A program made the translations under genes and the position numbers. Below the pieces are notes generated by a model. The model did not search any database, had not been told where the DNA came from, and saw nothing but the letters and a program-made list of their open reading frames with translations. Shown here piece after piece: positions 41,801 through 56,403 of a DNA stretch of 64,000 nt (position 1 is its first letter; every line of letters starts with the position of its first letter). Origin of the DNA: Octopus vulgaris (lineage: Eukaryota); NCBI GenBank assembly GCA_951406725.2, contig OX597815.1, forward strand, positions 111,228,001 to 111,292,000, in the 5' to 3' direction.

Positions 41801-42512
41801 GTTAATGTTACCTGGTCAATGATTTTGTAGAAAACATTAACCAAGCATCAACCAATCTACAGTTTTTTGTTTCTATAACCCCGTCGGGACGTTCAAGCCT
41901 TGTAGCGAGGCTTGCATAACGTATGCCCGCCAACAGAAGTAGGATACAGGAAGATGCACCGTCTCAAAGTTGGTATGAACAATATAATTTCGCACAGCCT
42001 TAAAGGAAATTTGCTTTCGAGTTGCAGTCAACGCTGCAAGTGATGTGGCGTAAGGATACTTACATTTGTCTGTGGGATATGAATTACCTATTCCTATCAT
42101 TCGTACCTCTCGATTTCAGGTTGTTTATTATAGAAAGTGCTGACATGCCTGACATCATAAAGGAGTAAAATTCGAAAGATGAATGAAGACTTAAAATCTA
42201 GACTGACATCAATAAGATCAACATCTGTTGTTATGGCAATTTTAAGCCAAAATTTCCGATTTCCCAGGAATCTGGAGTATGCTCATTAGAATTTGTGCAT
42301 ATAGCTAGACGTAAAACACTAAAAATATAACTGTCAATATAGATAAACTGTTACCTAATGAAGCAAAGCTACAAATCTGTATCGCCGCCTCGAAGCAATC
42401 AAAATTTCTTACATTAAGATTTATCCAAGTGAAATGTAATAACACATGCGGTGCATGTATAAAAATGTAAACATAGGCCCAAAATGTACTATAAGTTTTA
42501 CTATTTTATTAC

Positions 42513-42740
42513 CTAAAAGGTTATAAAGTCGTACTTGACAAATAAAATCGTGTTATGTGAAGTGGGAGAAACTTGGTTTCCTATGATAATTATGAAAATA
42601 ACAAGTGATGTCAGTCTTGCTATCATTCCATTGAGTTTAGCAGTTTTTATCATATTATTGATTAGTGGTAAAAAATGCTTTCTAAGTAATCTAAGGTCCA
42701 ATGCGTTAGGTCCAAGTTCTTTTCCTAATGACATAGTTAG
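42513..42740 (-). pseudogene. Possible ancient LINE RT N-terminal fragment
   Basis: MSLGKELGPNAL...GNQVSPTSHNTILF has the spacing of the K(A/S)PGPDG...GD....YRPISL motifs. Confidence 0.3.
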
Positions 42741-43999
42741 AATCTTCTTACAACTTAGTTCGATCTCAGGATTGATTAGTCATAATTAACGGTCAATTGA
42801 GGAAAAAACAAAGTGAACCTTATGCTCCATGTTTAAGGAAAATATTCTAAGATTTTCTAAAATATGGAAACTGCACTCAATACTGGAATTTTATGCTATG
42901 GCTGATTTCAATTCTACGTAAGTATTTCCGATAAATTTGCCGAACATTTTCCGTTTAATTTTATGTAAAGATAATAAAGCGTATTTGTATTACATAGAAT
43001 GTTTTAATCCTATCACTGAGAAGAGATATTAAAAAACCCCAGATCGTTGAGGTCTTAATGCCAACATCTAGCGTATTTTGGAAAGGTGTTCGAGATATGA
43101 TGAACTGATTCTTTTCTGTTTACTCCAGAATACCTGATTACACAGTTTCCTGGATATTACTTCCTTGGAAAGATTGTATTGAAATACACGTGTGTCAACA
43201 GTAGCAGTGTTACAAAACTTTCAGTACAGTATAGACATCTCATAAGTATAAGTATACATAATAAAAGTATAAGTATACATAATAATATTCTGACTAGTTT
43301 CAGTTCACTATGCAGATTCATCAGGGAACGATTACCGGAATTTTTATTCACGGTATTACTGGTTGCTTTTAGCTGTTCATATCAATCATAAATTATAAAT
43401 CAATTAAAAATGCTTGGATAGAGTTTTGCAATTGGGCAATCGTTATGTCACTAATTACTTTATATACAACACAACATATGATATTTTGAATAATTTGATA
43501 TATTCACTTTGATATATCTACAGTGCAAAATTGTAAACTACATTGTGAAATGATAATTCATGTTTTTAACTCCGGCCTGCGAAAGCGCAAACAAGTATGA
43601 TCAGATCGGCATTGTGGTCATCTCTGCAACCACATCTCTCATGTAGATAACATTCTAGTTAGATGTGAAAAATCGAACTTGTTATATATTTACATTTAAA
43701 AAAAAGATGTACCGGAACAAAATTCAAATATTACATACAAGGAGTAAAATTGTGAATTAAAACTTTTTTATATTGCATACGCTTTATTGTTTCGGTTGCA
43801 TTCGCGTGCCATGATGCAATCACTTTGAATATGAAATATTACATGTTGCAATATAAAGAACTATTTAATCTATCTAAAATTAGATACTCGTCTTCAAGTG
43901 ATTTTGTGTTTAAAATATTTTAAATATGGAAATAGGAAACGAATAAATAAACATATTTGCTTTTGAGAATTAGAAACAAATATTTAAAAAGTCATTTGC

Positions 44000-44340
44000 T
44001 TGGCTGATTGCGTGGTATCGTGGGCAAGTATCTTTTACTATTCTTGGCTAACCAAGTCCTTGTGAGTGGATTTGTTTGACAGAAACATATTTGACATGTT
44101 TGACAGTCATATATACACACATTTTTGTGTCTTTTGTGTCTATGTTTGTTTCCTCACCACCATTGCTTGACAAACGGTGCTAACGCTCTCGTAATTTAAT
44201 GATTTGGCAAAAGCGACAGAGAGAATAAGTGCTAGGTCTAAAAGCAAAATAAATACTGGGGCTGATTCGTTCGACTAAAATTTGTCAAGGTGGTGCCCCA
44301 GCATGGCAGTAGTTTAATGTGTGAAACTACTAAGAAATAA
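44000..44340 (+). mobile_element. SINE family 1, old diverged copy
   Basis: gggcaagtatcttt, cttgtgagtggatttg, ttgcttgacaa and ggtgccccagcatggc motifs occur in order. Confidence 0.75.
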
Positions 44341-46069
44341 AACATAATATTGCCATTTATAGCAATTTAGTTCTCACTATTAGCTTTCGTGTAAAATATT
44401 TGGAGTTAACGGTTCCTTTATGTAGAGTTTTAAATAAACTAAACCTGTGAAATCTTCACAAATTAATGTGTAATAGTTCCAAAGACATCGAACAGAAATC
44501 TGCACAGTAGAAAAGATTTATTAAAATCATAAGTTCATTGCTTAATCATTACTAATATTTTACGTATGTTAAGATGTATCGGAAAAGGTGAAATCCAATA
44601 TTCAGCTCAAGTTTCTTGAACGAACAATAATTAACATAATTCCAAGAAACCATTGCTGAGGAGTATGTAAATTTGAAGGAATATATGCTCACAGGTGATA
44701 TACAGTGACATATTTACCACATAGTTAACGGAAAACTTAAGAGTGTGAAACAGACTAAATGAAAGTGAAGAAGAAGCAACAGTCTGCTGAATGACAGAAA
44801 CTAAGTATCTTCTATTTATGTTTTATCAGAGAAGGGCAATCAGTCTCACATAGAATTATCGGGGTCAGTAAAGGGTTAGTGGTAATGTACTTGGTAGTTG
44901 GGAGGGATGAAGATATTCTCAAACTGAGGATATTCAAGAAAAGGATATAGTAGAGTGGATTCCGCTAAATACACCCAAGAAGCAACTTTAATTAATGTAG
45001 CCAAGTTGCTTCCTTGACATTGGCAATGGCTTAAATCTACCATACAGATGAAAGAAACTGAATTACAAATGAATATTTGCCAACAAATCGGAAAAATGTG
45101 TACAAAAAGAGAAAAACAAGGTATTTCCACAAGAAATCTGTATAGATTTAGGAATTTATCAATATTTACAGGTGTGACACCAATCTAATATTACAGATAT
45201 AATTAATGAAACATTGTATAACAACCACAAATTTTGTTTTGCCATATATTTAATTGAAAAGACAAATAATGACTCAGCTGTTACAACGTTTCTATAGCCT
45301 TACTATTACTCAGGATTATCAGGTAACAACAATACCTATTGCAATATTATTTACGCTCTGTGAATCTATACATCAAAATTTCAAATCTGATACTGAACTG
45401 GAGAGAAGACAAGCTTCAATTCGTATTGAAAGCAAAACAGAAGTGAAATAGTTATTTAAAGAGGCAACATAGCATGCCTGCGGAAAGCAAATTGGTGGTT
45501 CTGCAGCTCAGTACATTAATAGAACGTTTGGATGTTAGCAGCAACTAAAGTAGGGTTAACTTACAACATGTAATTGTGATTGAAGATACATTGAAGATAC
45601 AATGCTTTTTACCGTATATTTCCATTTGGGACCGATACCAAATAGAAACGAAATGAATGCAAAAAGGGGGAAAAGACCAAAGAGAATTTTGATATATTAT
45701 ACTACTGCTAAAGATTACGTGATTGATCAGATACAGATGTTCACTTGCAACTATAAGCGAAAAAGCTCTCATAACAATATGCAAATTGAGTGGTTTCAAA
45801 ATGCACGCAATATTGTTTTTAAAACTTCTTCTAGATCAATAAGAGACGTACTACCTCATGTCAGTTGCTATTAATTCCTCTAACGAGACAGGTTTTGTGA
45901 GAGCACTGACCAACCAACCACTCCACAATAACAGAGCAATTTTCGGCGTATGTGACACGTGAAAACCCTCACAAACTAATCATCAATGGGCTTCATGCAT
46001 TTCTTATATATTTGCGTACGTATTGAATATAAATACATGTATAACTTATATATACACATTCTCCGCCTT

Positions 46070-46310
46070 CAACCTTGCAGAGGAGAGAAAACTCAATAAA
46101 TACAGTGGCATGGTCCGCCGCTATTAGTTTGTACCAGTGACCGTCGAGACATCAGGTCTGCTAGGACCCCGTACTACTGATTTCCTCCGCAAAAGAGGGA
46201 TAACAGTGTCGTGTTGAAGAAATGAACCCCGAGAGGTGGAGTGCTGCTGCAGTGAGTGTCACTGGCCATCCTCCGTGACAAAGCCATTGCAGTCATGACC
46301 GGGGGTGGTG
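46070..46310 (+). pseudogene. C-terminal restriction-like endonuclease of a CRE-like non-LTR retrotransposon
   Basis: AEERKLNKYSGMVRRY*FVPVTVETSGLLGPRTTDFLRK...EPRE...VSLAILRDKAIAV fits the K..KY / FVP.AVET.G..G / LS.AIQRGNA motif series. Confidence 0.7.
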
Positions 46311-48384
46311 GGGGTCTGAGCACGTCCTTTATTCTTGGATATGTGGCCCATCGCCGCCTTTCCTTCCATCATCTGCTGCTTTACCCCCAACCTTTATCTT
46401 TTCTTTTCTTATCTTTCCTTTTTTCTTGTTTCGTCGTACCTGAATGTTATAAATAAAATATTACTGGCAGAATGTAGCTTTGCCGATAAAAAAAAATATT
46501 TATAAATCAATACATTTACGTTTATGATTGCACGAAAATCTAATGCGTAACTTACATGGTGTACATCAGTAACTTTAGTTGGAAATACTAATGAATACAT
46601 TTATGGTATGTGTTAATAACTTTCATACGGGATTTTCAGCATGAATGTTGCCATGTGTAGACCCATCATCAGAGGTATAGGGTTAAGAACTATAAGTTTA
46701 TGCAAACGCTGCCATTTCGATTGTCAAACAGGTAGTGACACTGGTTTGTTCAGTGAGTGTGATAGGAGCAGTAGCTCGGGAGGAGGTGGGTAGCTAACTG
46801 TAGGTTGGCAGCACTGGTGGTACAAACTGTGGTAGTAGTTGGTGATGACGTTGTTGGTACACGTCCTTTTAGAAGTCGATGATAAAGTAGTAACAAGCAA
46901 TAGTAGAGTACATCGTCGTGGCAAGTTACGTAGTAGTGATGGTATCGGTCGCAGCAACGGCAAACATTATCCTAGCAGGAAACTGTATTACGTTGTAGTA
47001 GTAGTGTTGATGTTAGTCATGGTAGCGACGAAGCAGGGGACGATTGGTGATTTATGGGCGTCGTGGGCCCAACTCTGATCCAATACTTATCTTCGGGTTT
47101 AACCGGTGTAACAAAATGTTTCTTTTATACAGAGATCTCTTATATGTCTTTCACCAGTATGGAAGCGTCAGTCTCGTTGCCATATTTTAGTACGTGCATG
47201 CGGAAGGAAATGAATATATTCTGGAAGCCATCTTTCGACAAACTTATGTTTTGAGTCAGAGACAATATCTGTATGAACAGAATACAAGGTTTGATTACTT
47301 ATACTTTGAAACGAAAGCATGAATGGTACAATTATAGATAACGAGAGAACGCTAAAAACATTAAACTCTACAAACATCTTGTACATGCAGAGATAATTCT
47401 AAGCCACTAACTCGCTTTTGATTTATTATCTCTACTAATTTTCTTTCTTAACGTCGTAAATTATTGTTTTCTGTTTTTAAATGCACTAAGTTTTAAAACG
47501 AAGACTGAAAATTTTGTGTTTTAATTATGCTTTGTTAGTTCTATAAATTTCGGAAGTTTTGTCATTGAAATGTTTGTCCACATATTTTCTAGTTTCAGGC
47601 AAGCGAAAAAATTGTTGAAGGAAATATAAACGAGAAAATAACTTCTATTGAGTAATGTTTCGAAATATACTGTCGTTATAATTTTTATCTACACACTAAA
47701 CCTGATTTATCTGCTTATGATTCCAGCAGTTAACATTTTTTTTTTTTTTTTGGGGGGGGGGTGTAAATAGACCACACTATTCAATGTATCCTTTTTAAAG
47801 TTTCCACGGGTACTTGGGCAAAATACTTTGTTTGTCACTATCAACAGGAAGCAAATCACCACATGTGAAAAATATATGTCGGTAGTAGAAATATATTTAT
47901 TTGAATATATTTGCTCACAAACTGCGTGGTATATCTAAGCTATCGCAGACAATGTAAAAGTCCTATGTGTGTGTTCATATCTTTAAACAAAACAAACGTT
48001 TAGTTAGTATAAGATCAGCTGATTTTACACAAAAAAGCAATCTCATTATTTTTTATACAAATGTTAGCTGTACTTATTAAATTTTAATTGAATATTAAAT
48101 GTGGACATGACAAGATTACGGATGTAAGAAGGTGTGCTTACCATTTCCATCATAGATTTAATTCAAATACGTTTAAATAGGTAAAATAAGGATAAAATCC
48201 TAAATTTCTGCGAATATATTTTATTTATATTTTATTTATACATATTCTATTTATATTTTCTCACATCACATATTTTGTCTTTTAATTGCGTTTAGCTCGT
48301 TCTATTTTGTTAATCGTAATATATTATGTTTCGTTCAATATAATAACGAAAATTCTATTATCCATAAATTTTTATATTAAATTA

Positions 48385-48972
48385 CTAGCATTAAAGACCC
48401 GTCGTTGCCGGGTCATAGTGCTAGTGTATGTATATGTGTACATGTTACATGTACATCTATATATATACATCTACGCATAAAATACAAGATACAAAGTTAT
48501 ATCTTGATATCGCTAGTCATAATAATACTCAAAATATATAACAGACTGGAATTGTTAGCCCGTTTCTTGTAATTTCGATCAATTGTATCTTGTCCTCCCT
48601 CTTGTATAGAAGTGTGGCTACAATCCAGCCTACCTCTACTTCTGGGGTGGGGGGGCATTAAAATTTTTTTTCCGGGACGTCCTATTATTTTTGCCCATGA
48701 AACTACATGGACCCTAAGTAAGGCATGTGTAAAATTTGAATGGAATTGGTAATGTAGTTCTCAAGTTTTAGGGAATCGTAGTGGAGAAGATATGATATTG
48801 CTGTGGGCTCGTCCTAGGCAAAAAGTTAAAAGTTTTTTGCCGATGACACTCCCCGGACACTAATTAAGACATGTGTAAAATTTGAATGAAATTGGTTGGG
48901 TAGTTCTCAGGTTTTAGGGAAACACACAGACAGACAGACAGACACACATTCTCAGTTTGATATATATAAAGA
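48385..48972 (-). mobile_element. Non-autonomous Helitron, shorter second copy
   Basis: Minus strand reads A|TCTTTATATATATCAAACTGAGAATG ... gacccggcaacgacgggtc-tttaatg-CTAG|T. It shares both ends with 28964-30436 and has an internal duplication of the ccctaaaacttgagaactac unit. Confidence 0.8.
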
Positions 48973-51211
48973 TTAGCAACCAATATTTTAAAGTTCTCAC
49001 CTGTGCTTAAAATCTGAATATTATATAAATAGTTATTTTCTTCATATTTCTTTGCATGAAGTGATTTTGTAGTGTAATCAATTATAGTCAAAACGAATAC
49101 CTTTAGATATGCAGTTGTTTGAATATTTAAAGTAAATAATATTTCTCCTGAATCTTAAATTTTAGCCCATTCCTTTCCTAAAGAAATAACTCAGTATGCT
49201 ACATTTGAGTAAAGTAAAAACGACTTGGTTTAATTTTCAATTTCAGGATGTCATGTATTGAACATTAGAAATATGATACTGCTTATGCAGCAAAGCAACT
49301 AACATATCCGGAGTCGTTTTGCTACCGTTTATGTGCTGCACAGCTAACTGCTAGGTAAAACAATATTTACATGAGTATATTATATATTGTGTCTCAGATT
49401 TTGTTCAAATTATCACTAAATAAATTTGGTTTCAACTGAGAGCACAATGGAGTGCTTACATGCGCCATATATTCTAAGATACGGAATTTATTGTATGATT
49501 AGCTTCTTTCTTTATAAGTACTCTTACACCAGTTGCTTCTTTGGATATCGTCTCGGACTCTCTTTTTCCTCATCAAAATACTACTGTGCGTCTATACATC
49601 ACCATTACAATGGAAATAAGCTTCAGCTCTTCTATTATTCCTAGTGCCGTGTCTTAATTTATCAATATTTGTCTTTATTCTTTAAATTTCCTCTTAACTA
49701 GAGATCTTACATGGAAATCTATCAAAATTTTAACCACTTTAACCTTATGCAGATATACCTTAATAGATGTGTCTATTGCTTATAACCCTCGTCATATCTA
49801 TTTATTTAAAAATATGAAAGATTACTCGGGTAAACATTATTTTCCTACTAGAATTAAATAACTAAAATTCAGTAACTTTGTTTAATAGTTGATACAGCAA
49901 AGGCAAGTTTATCTAAATTATAGCTGATATAATGGTTCCGTAGCTATCCCATTAATGTATTGAAAATGATATATCACTTAGAGACAACATTTTATAATTT
50001 GTTAAAATATACTTTAGATACGTTGGAAACATATGTAAGGAAATAGCCTATATAGTAAAATCAGTGAATTCGGCTAATCATTTTGTATTTGCTATCCCGT
50101 TACAACGTTAGTTGGCTCTGACATTCTCTGAAAACGATATGCTATTTCAATCAGAAAACAAATGATTAAAGTTAGTAATATATGACGTCGAATTTTCAAA
50201 AGATTTGCAAAAGCTTTAAAATTGTAATACATGTTGTATAATTTGCTTTTGATAATGACTTTTAAAATAGCACTTTGATGTTTTAAGTAGCGTGGAAAGT
50301 AATGTGTCATTTTTGAAAAGTGAGTTATTAAATTTGATAATAAACTTTTGAAAATATTTAGCAACGGCCATCTTATATACTAGTGTTAAAATGTAGATTT
50401 TGGAGATCATTGATGTATATCGATTGTACGTTCAAAACTACACTTATGTATTAAATGTTACATTCAGTTTCCTACTGTTATCACTAGAAATGTAAGGTAA
50501 GAAACAGCTACATTTCCTGACAGAAACAAAATACAGTAAGTAATATCTCTATATTAATGTTCTGATGTCTTTTCCATTATATTAAGTGCTTTGCTACGTC
50601 CGTCTCAGTTTTAAGTCGTGTTCTAGAATTCAGTATAATACTGTGTCAATGTCTCTAAGTTTCTTCCGTTTAGGTACTTTCTAATGGAATATAAAGCCAT
50701 AGACGAATTTGCCATTGTGGTCAATAATATATCTTTGTATCTACAAAGTTCCGAGTTCGATATCGATAGATATAGCGGGGGTGAATGTATTGTACCATAA
50801 CATCTGGTTAGCCAATATTCTATGAATGTAATTTTGTAAGTATAAACTACACGGAAATAATGAATGTGTGTGAGTGTGTGTATGTTTATGTGTGAGGTTT
50901 TTGATATTATCAAGTTATGCAGCATCGCATGGAGGAGTGGATATTTAGATGGTAGTTAATTTCTTGGAAAGCAATCATCTTAATTCCCAAGACAAAACAT
51001 CACTTAAACACACAGTTTTTATTACTTATAAAATAACTTCCTTGTTGAAAATTCTGAAGAAACTTATTTTCTAACTTGAATATTGTTATTTCTTCTAACT
51101 CTTAAGCATCGAAATTATAACTCTGGATGTGAGACGCAGAACTCCTCAAGTTGTAGTCAATTAATCTTAATTAAACTTTCTATCTTGAAAGCTATATATG
51201 AATCCTTTACA

Positions 51212-51886
51212 AATATATTGGACAGCCGAGCATGGCATTGAGACGAGAACCACTCTAAATAAAGAGCAAATCCGTTTCCCGCAATACAGGCAAAAGCCTC
51301 TCAGCGAACATATAGAAAAGTGTGCAGATAACATCAAACCAAATTTCACTGTCTTTTCGTTCTACAAGTGCCAAGACACAATTTCTCCACAAGAACATTT
51401 AAATAAAGAAACTTTTCCATCGAAAAATACAGAACACGTCTTAACATGTACGCATAACAAACTTTTATCTTCTTACAAATTTCAATTCACATTCACATCA
51501 CTGTGCATAAATCCCCTCACTAAACAAGTTTTTCAAAACTTTTTGTGTGTATATATATTCCCCTCCAATTACCGAAAGTTGAACAGTTATATCCCTTGCC
51601 CACAACAATAATAATGATAACGATAGCCATTTACCTCCCCTTATTTTTATACTTCTGAAGTCAGTCACTGGTACATACCATCACACAAAACATGGACAAA
51701 CATTTCTTCTTAAGAAAATATGTATTCAAATAAGTAAACTTTAATATCATGAATGGCGAAAGCGAAACCGGTCGATATTTAAAAATTATAATAAGACTAT
51801 GTAAAGTGTGTGTATTTTTCTTTTTAAATTTCTTATATATATTACAACTCACAACGTGGGGATAACTGAAATTCCTCCTCTTCTGT

Positions 51887-51890
<4 letters not shown>
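51212..51890 (+). mobile_element. 5'-truncated Penelope-like element: GIY-YIG endonuclease remnant, 3' region with hammerhead relic, then (TA)n
   Basis: YIGQPSMALR/RTTLNKEQIRFPQYRQKPLSEHIEKC...FTVFSFYKC...LNKETF/IEKYRTRLN* (51214-51457) shows the YIG, R, H, E and LN motifs of PLE GIY-YIG. CTGAAG (51655) and GAAAC-CG-GTC (51764-51773) follow. Confidence 0.8.
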
Positions 51891-51928
<38 letters not shown>

Positions 51929-52139
51929 GCATATAAATAGATAGATAGATATACTGAGATAGATGTACTCAATTATCCCACTCCCCACAAATTTCACGCC
52001 TTGTACCTATAGTAGACAGGATTATTATTGTTCTTATCATTACTATTACTATTGTTATTATAGCCTTTGCACAGCTTCTAACGCTGGAGATGTACGACGG
52101 TGTTACTTGTTGACTGGCAGGGAACTAAAGTAACACCTC

Positions 52140-52265
52140 TTATTTTTCGAGCACCTTTAGGGTCGATTAATTATGTACCAGTTGCATACTGGATCGATTT
52201 AATTGACTGGCCTCCTCCCACCAAATTTCAAGCCTTGTGCCTACAGTAGAAAAAAATCATTATTA
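52140..52265 (+). mobile_element. SINE family 2, 3' part
   Basis: gggtcgattaattatgtaccagttgcatactgg...ccttgtgcctacagtagaaaa plus (att)n. Confidence 0.7.
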
Positions 52266-52277
52266 TTATTTTTGTTT

Positions 52278-54587
52278 TCTTGGACTGTTTTCTGAACACC
52301 AACTTGCTCTCACAAACACCTTCTTCATGCAGCGGAGCCGCTTCAAGACTACATGGCAATATCCTAGATCCAGGCATTGGCACTTCCTAGTCTATGCCAT
52401 CACAAGACAATGTGATCTCAAAGATGTTCTGATCACTCGCTCTATGCCGTCTGCTGACGACTGTTGGACCGACCACCGTCTGGTTGTCACGCGGATGAGA
52501 TGGACCCTGAAGAAGTAGACATTCCCCCCAAGATCAAATACACCTTCCCGGATGAAGTACGACACCACTACACTCCTAGACCTCCAGAAGCTCCGTCTTT
52601 TTCAAGAGTCTGTCGAAAAGCAGTTGAATGAAATCCCCTAATGTGACAGCTCTGACCCCAACACAGAGTAGACCACGCTCAAGAACATCATCAGCAAATC
52701 TGCGAGAGGGAACATCGGTTCCAAAAGCGATCCCGTGCAGACTGGTTCATCTGAAATAGTCTTGAAATCTCTACCCTGATTGATGTCAAGCGATCGGGAC
52801 TCATTGAACATCTGAAAAACCTCTCATGTTCCACGGAACTTGCCAGATTCAAGGAAGCCAAGTCACTCTGCCAAAGAAGGTTTCGCGAGATCGAGAATCA
52901 AATGTGGCAAGCCAAAGCCGTCCAACTCCAATCCGTTGCTGACAGCCGTGACATGAGGAACTTCTTTTTGCTGGAACCAAGGAAATCTACGGTCCCCAAA
53001 GATCATCAACATCCCAGCTGAAAGCATCATACAACTCAACTCTCACCACCGAGAAGGATGGGATTCTTCATCGCTGGAAAGAACACTTCAAAGCCTTGTT
53101 GAATCGCCCGTCCACTGCTTCTGAGGACCCGCTGAAGAACATTCCTCAACACCCTGTCAGACCGGAACTGTCATGCTCCCATTCCCATATCGAATACATG
53201 ACCGCTTTCAATCAAATTAAACCTAACAAAGTTCCCGGATCCGACAACATTCCCTTTCAACTCCTCAGAGAGGGTGGAACTGCTCTTCGAGCAAGACTCT
53301 TCATGCTGATTCTGCAGATCTGAGAGAAGAAACAGATTCCTCATGATCTCAAAGATGCAGTCATTGTCACCATTTTCAAGAAAGGGGATAGGAGCTTTTG
53401 TGATAGCTATCGTGGCATCTCTCTGCTTTCAATCACAGGCAAGATCATCGCTCGCAACTTGTTACAACGTCTCCAAGTAGTAGCCGAGTCAGTCTTTCCT
53501 GAGTCACAGTGTGCATTCAGAAGGTCAAGTGGTACCATCGACATGATCTTTTGTGCACATCAGATCCAGGAGAAGAGACAGGAGCAACAGAAACCTGTCT
53601 TTTCCATCTCCTGCATCTTGGAAAAAGCTTTCGACAGTGTCCCAAGAAAGCTCCTGCATCGTTACTGTTGTCCCAGAGGCTTCATTTCGCTGATCAAGGG
53701 TTTCCATGATGACATGAGGGAAATAATCCTTTATCAGATTGACATCTCTGAAGAATTCAAGATATGACTGATGCAGGAATGTGTTCTTCTTCCAACCATG
53801 CTTTGTCAGTATAATCGCTGCCATGCTCTCCGAAATTCCAACAGACAACCCTGAAGTGGAACTCAGAGGTAGATTTGATGGCAGACATCTCAACATCTCG
53901 CATTTCCGATCAAGACATCACTGTCGAGAGCACAATATCACTGAGTTTCAATACACTGGTGATAATGCAGGTCCAGCTTCAAATGCAGAGGACCTCCAAA
54001 TCTCAACAAACAACTTCAGCAGAGCAGCCTGAAAGTGAACATCGCCAAAACCAAAGTGCTTGCTCAACCAGCTCCTTGTACCAATCTTGACAGCCCCAAC
54101 ATCACCATCAACAACCAATCAATTGAGGTCATCGAGGATTTCTGCTTTCTTGGAAGTTTTCTGTTACCCACTGCAGGGCCTGGTATGGCTATCGAACATC
54201 GCATCCAATTAAGTCAAGCCACTTTTGGTCGTCTCAAAACCAGGGTCTTTTGCAACAAGGATTTGATATTCAAAACGAAGCTCATGTTCTATCGGTCTGT
54301 TGTCGTATCGACTCTGCTGTACGAGTGTGAGAACTGAACTGGGAAGATATCTCGGCAAATAGACCCCTCTGGAGACACAACATCGAAACGGGTTCTGTGG
54401 ACTTCAAGAAAGCCCGAGTTGCCAGAGCTGAACTCAAGCGCTTTCTCCTTCCCAAACAAGCCCCTTCTATCCTTTGTCCACAATGTCCCCATATGTTTCA
54501 TGCAACCCTTGGATTGTGGAGCCATCTGCGGTTCAAACACACAGGAAATGAACTGGATTACAAGCTCGAAAACACTAGACAGCCAAC
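52278..54587 (+). mobile_element. 5'-truncated RTE-clade LINE pseudogene (APE end, RT, C2H2-like C-terminus)
   Basis: NTFF...TTWQYPRSRHWH...DCWTDHRLV (APE); KVPGSDNIP, KKGDRS..SYRGISLLS, ESQCAFR..GTIDMIF, EKAFDSV, QYTGD (decayed YADD), FCFLGS (RT); CPQC...H...H. Multiple stops and frameshifts; (ATT)n tail. Confidence 0.92.
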
Positions 54588-54663
54588 TATTATTATTATT
54601 ATCATTATTATTATTATAATTATTATTATTATTATTATTATTTGTAATATTATCATTATTATC

Positions 54664-54727
<64 letters not shown>

Positions 54728-54763
54728 ATCATCACCGTCTTTATAATTATAATACAACAGCGA

Positions 54764-54935
54764 ATTGGTGGAAGCGGTAGCACGTCAGGCCGAGCGGTTA
54801 CTGGAATTTCTTCTATCATCATGATCTAAGTTCAAATTCTACCGATTTCGGCTTTCGACCTACATAAAATAAAGTACTGGTGTCGATACTACTCCCCTAG
54901 TATCAACATTATTGGCCTTGTGCTAAAATTGAAAA
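54764..54935 (+). mobile_element. SINE family 2, degraded
   Basis: ttggtggaagcggtagcacgtcagg...agttcaaattct...aaagtactgg...ggccttgtgc. Confidence 0.55.
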
Positions 54936-56403
54936 GCAACATACTTTCGTTTTTCTTCTTTCTTCTTTCCAACTGATAACATTCTGACTTTAAATTTCAA
55001 CGTGATCTACTTTGTCTTAAAGAGCTAATAAAATAGTCAAGTACTGGTTTCGATGATATCTACTAATACACTCCTAAAATTACTGGCGTTGTGCCAAAGT
55101 TTGACACCATTAATAACTCTTATCGTCAGCAGTGTATTTGGACTGAATACAACGACAAAAAATAGTTCATGTGCTTTAACTGTTATAAAATCTAACACTC
55201 AAAACTTTGAAATGGACAAAGCCATAAGTGACAAAGGAAAAATTATATTCTAACTCATTCTAACTCCATGCGCGATCGATTTTACTCTGTTCAAGGAGTG
55301 AATGATATCGGTACCAGAAATATATCATTGTACATTTAATTCACACGTCCGCTTAATAAAGATACCGGTTTTCTATCCAGTGGAATAAACTAGATGCTAT
55401 TATGAACTCAAATCGACACGATAACATTTAATGCATGGGAGAATGCATTACTGCATGCCTGATAGTCTTTAATAATTTGATTCAATTTGAAAAACATATA
55501 TGCAATTTAAATTACTTGTTATGCAACCGCAGGCATATTTCATTAATATTTCTATATAAGACGAATAAATTCCCAAACCATTTATGTATATTATTGTAAT
55601 ATTTTTATTGAAACTCAGTATATGAAAAGATACTATATACCTTTTGTTATATTAAATGTATTTCATATAATTTTTTCAAAGAAGGTGCTATCCCAGTAGA
55701 TTAAAAATGTGGCACATGAAGCAGAGAGAATAAATGTGTATCGTACATTCACTCACTCCAAATATGGAAAATATTTTGTTGCTGTTTAATTTCCCATTTG
55801 CCTTACACAAATGAATATATTTATATCAATATTGTTTAGTAATAGAAGTAATCTTTGTGTGGGAAGTTTTAGCACAATGGAGGTCATGTTCATGACGAGG
55901 AGAATACAAAATATGTATTTAGTATGCAGGCCAGCAATTTTGACTGTTTTCAAATGCAATAAAAGCAACATATATGTTATTAAAAGAACGCTGTATGTCG
56001 TTTGAAATATTGTAGCACAGGAGTATAATAATAAATGAAATGAGAGATTTGGAAAGCTTCAAACAATGAAGAAAGTTTTAAAAACCATTATATTTAGAGC
56101 GCAAAGACATGCCTACAAAAGTATACAGTCAAAGCAAAGTGTGTTTACAAAGTTGCTTCCATTTTGAATAGCCGGAAGGGCAATGACCACATTTTAGACC
56201 ACTACTTGTGACGGTAGTAGCAGCTTCCCAAATGCTGGTGTTGTTGGCACTGTAGAGGTATGTTGTATGGAGCGTTCGACGTACGATATAACGGGATAAT
56301 AAATAACAACCTCATCAATCCTTCTACTGAAGATACACAATACTTGTAATTTCACTCAACATACGCAACTCACCGACTCAATTTCTTTACAGCTCACCGG
56401 CTC

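Noticed and set aside
49247-49354. Plus-strand exon (tttcag|...ctag|gtaaaa)
   Set aside because: All three frames contain stops, and such splice-like motifs are common in AT-rich DNA.
52237-54726. Active RTE ORF2 or a host gene
   Set aside because: Numerous in-frame stops and frameshifts, a decayed YADD motif and a 5' truncation make it a pseudogenised copy.
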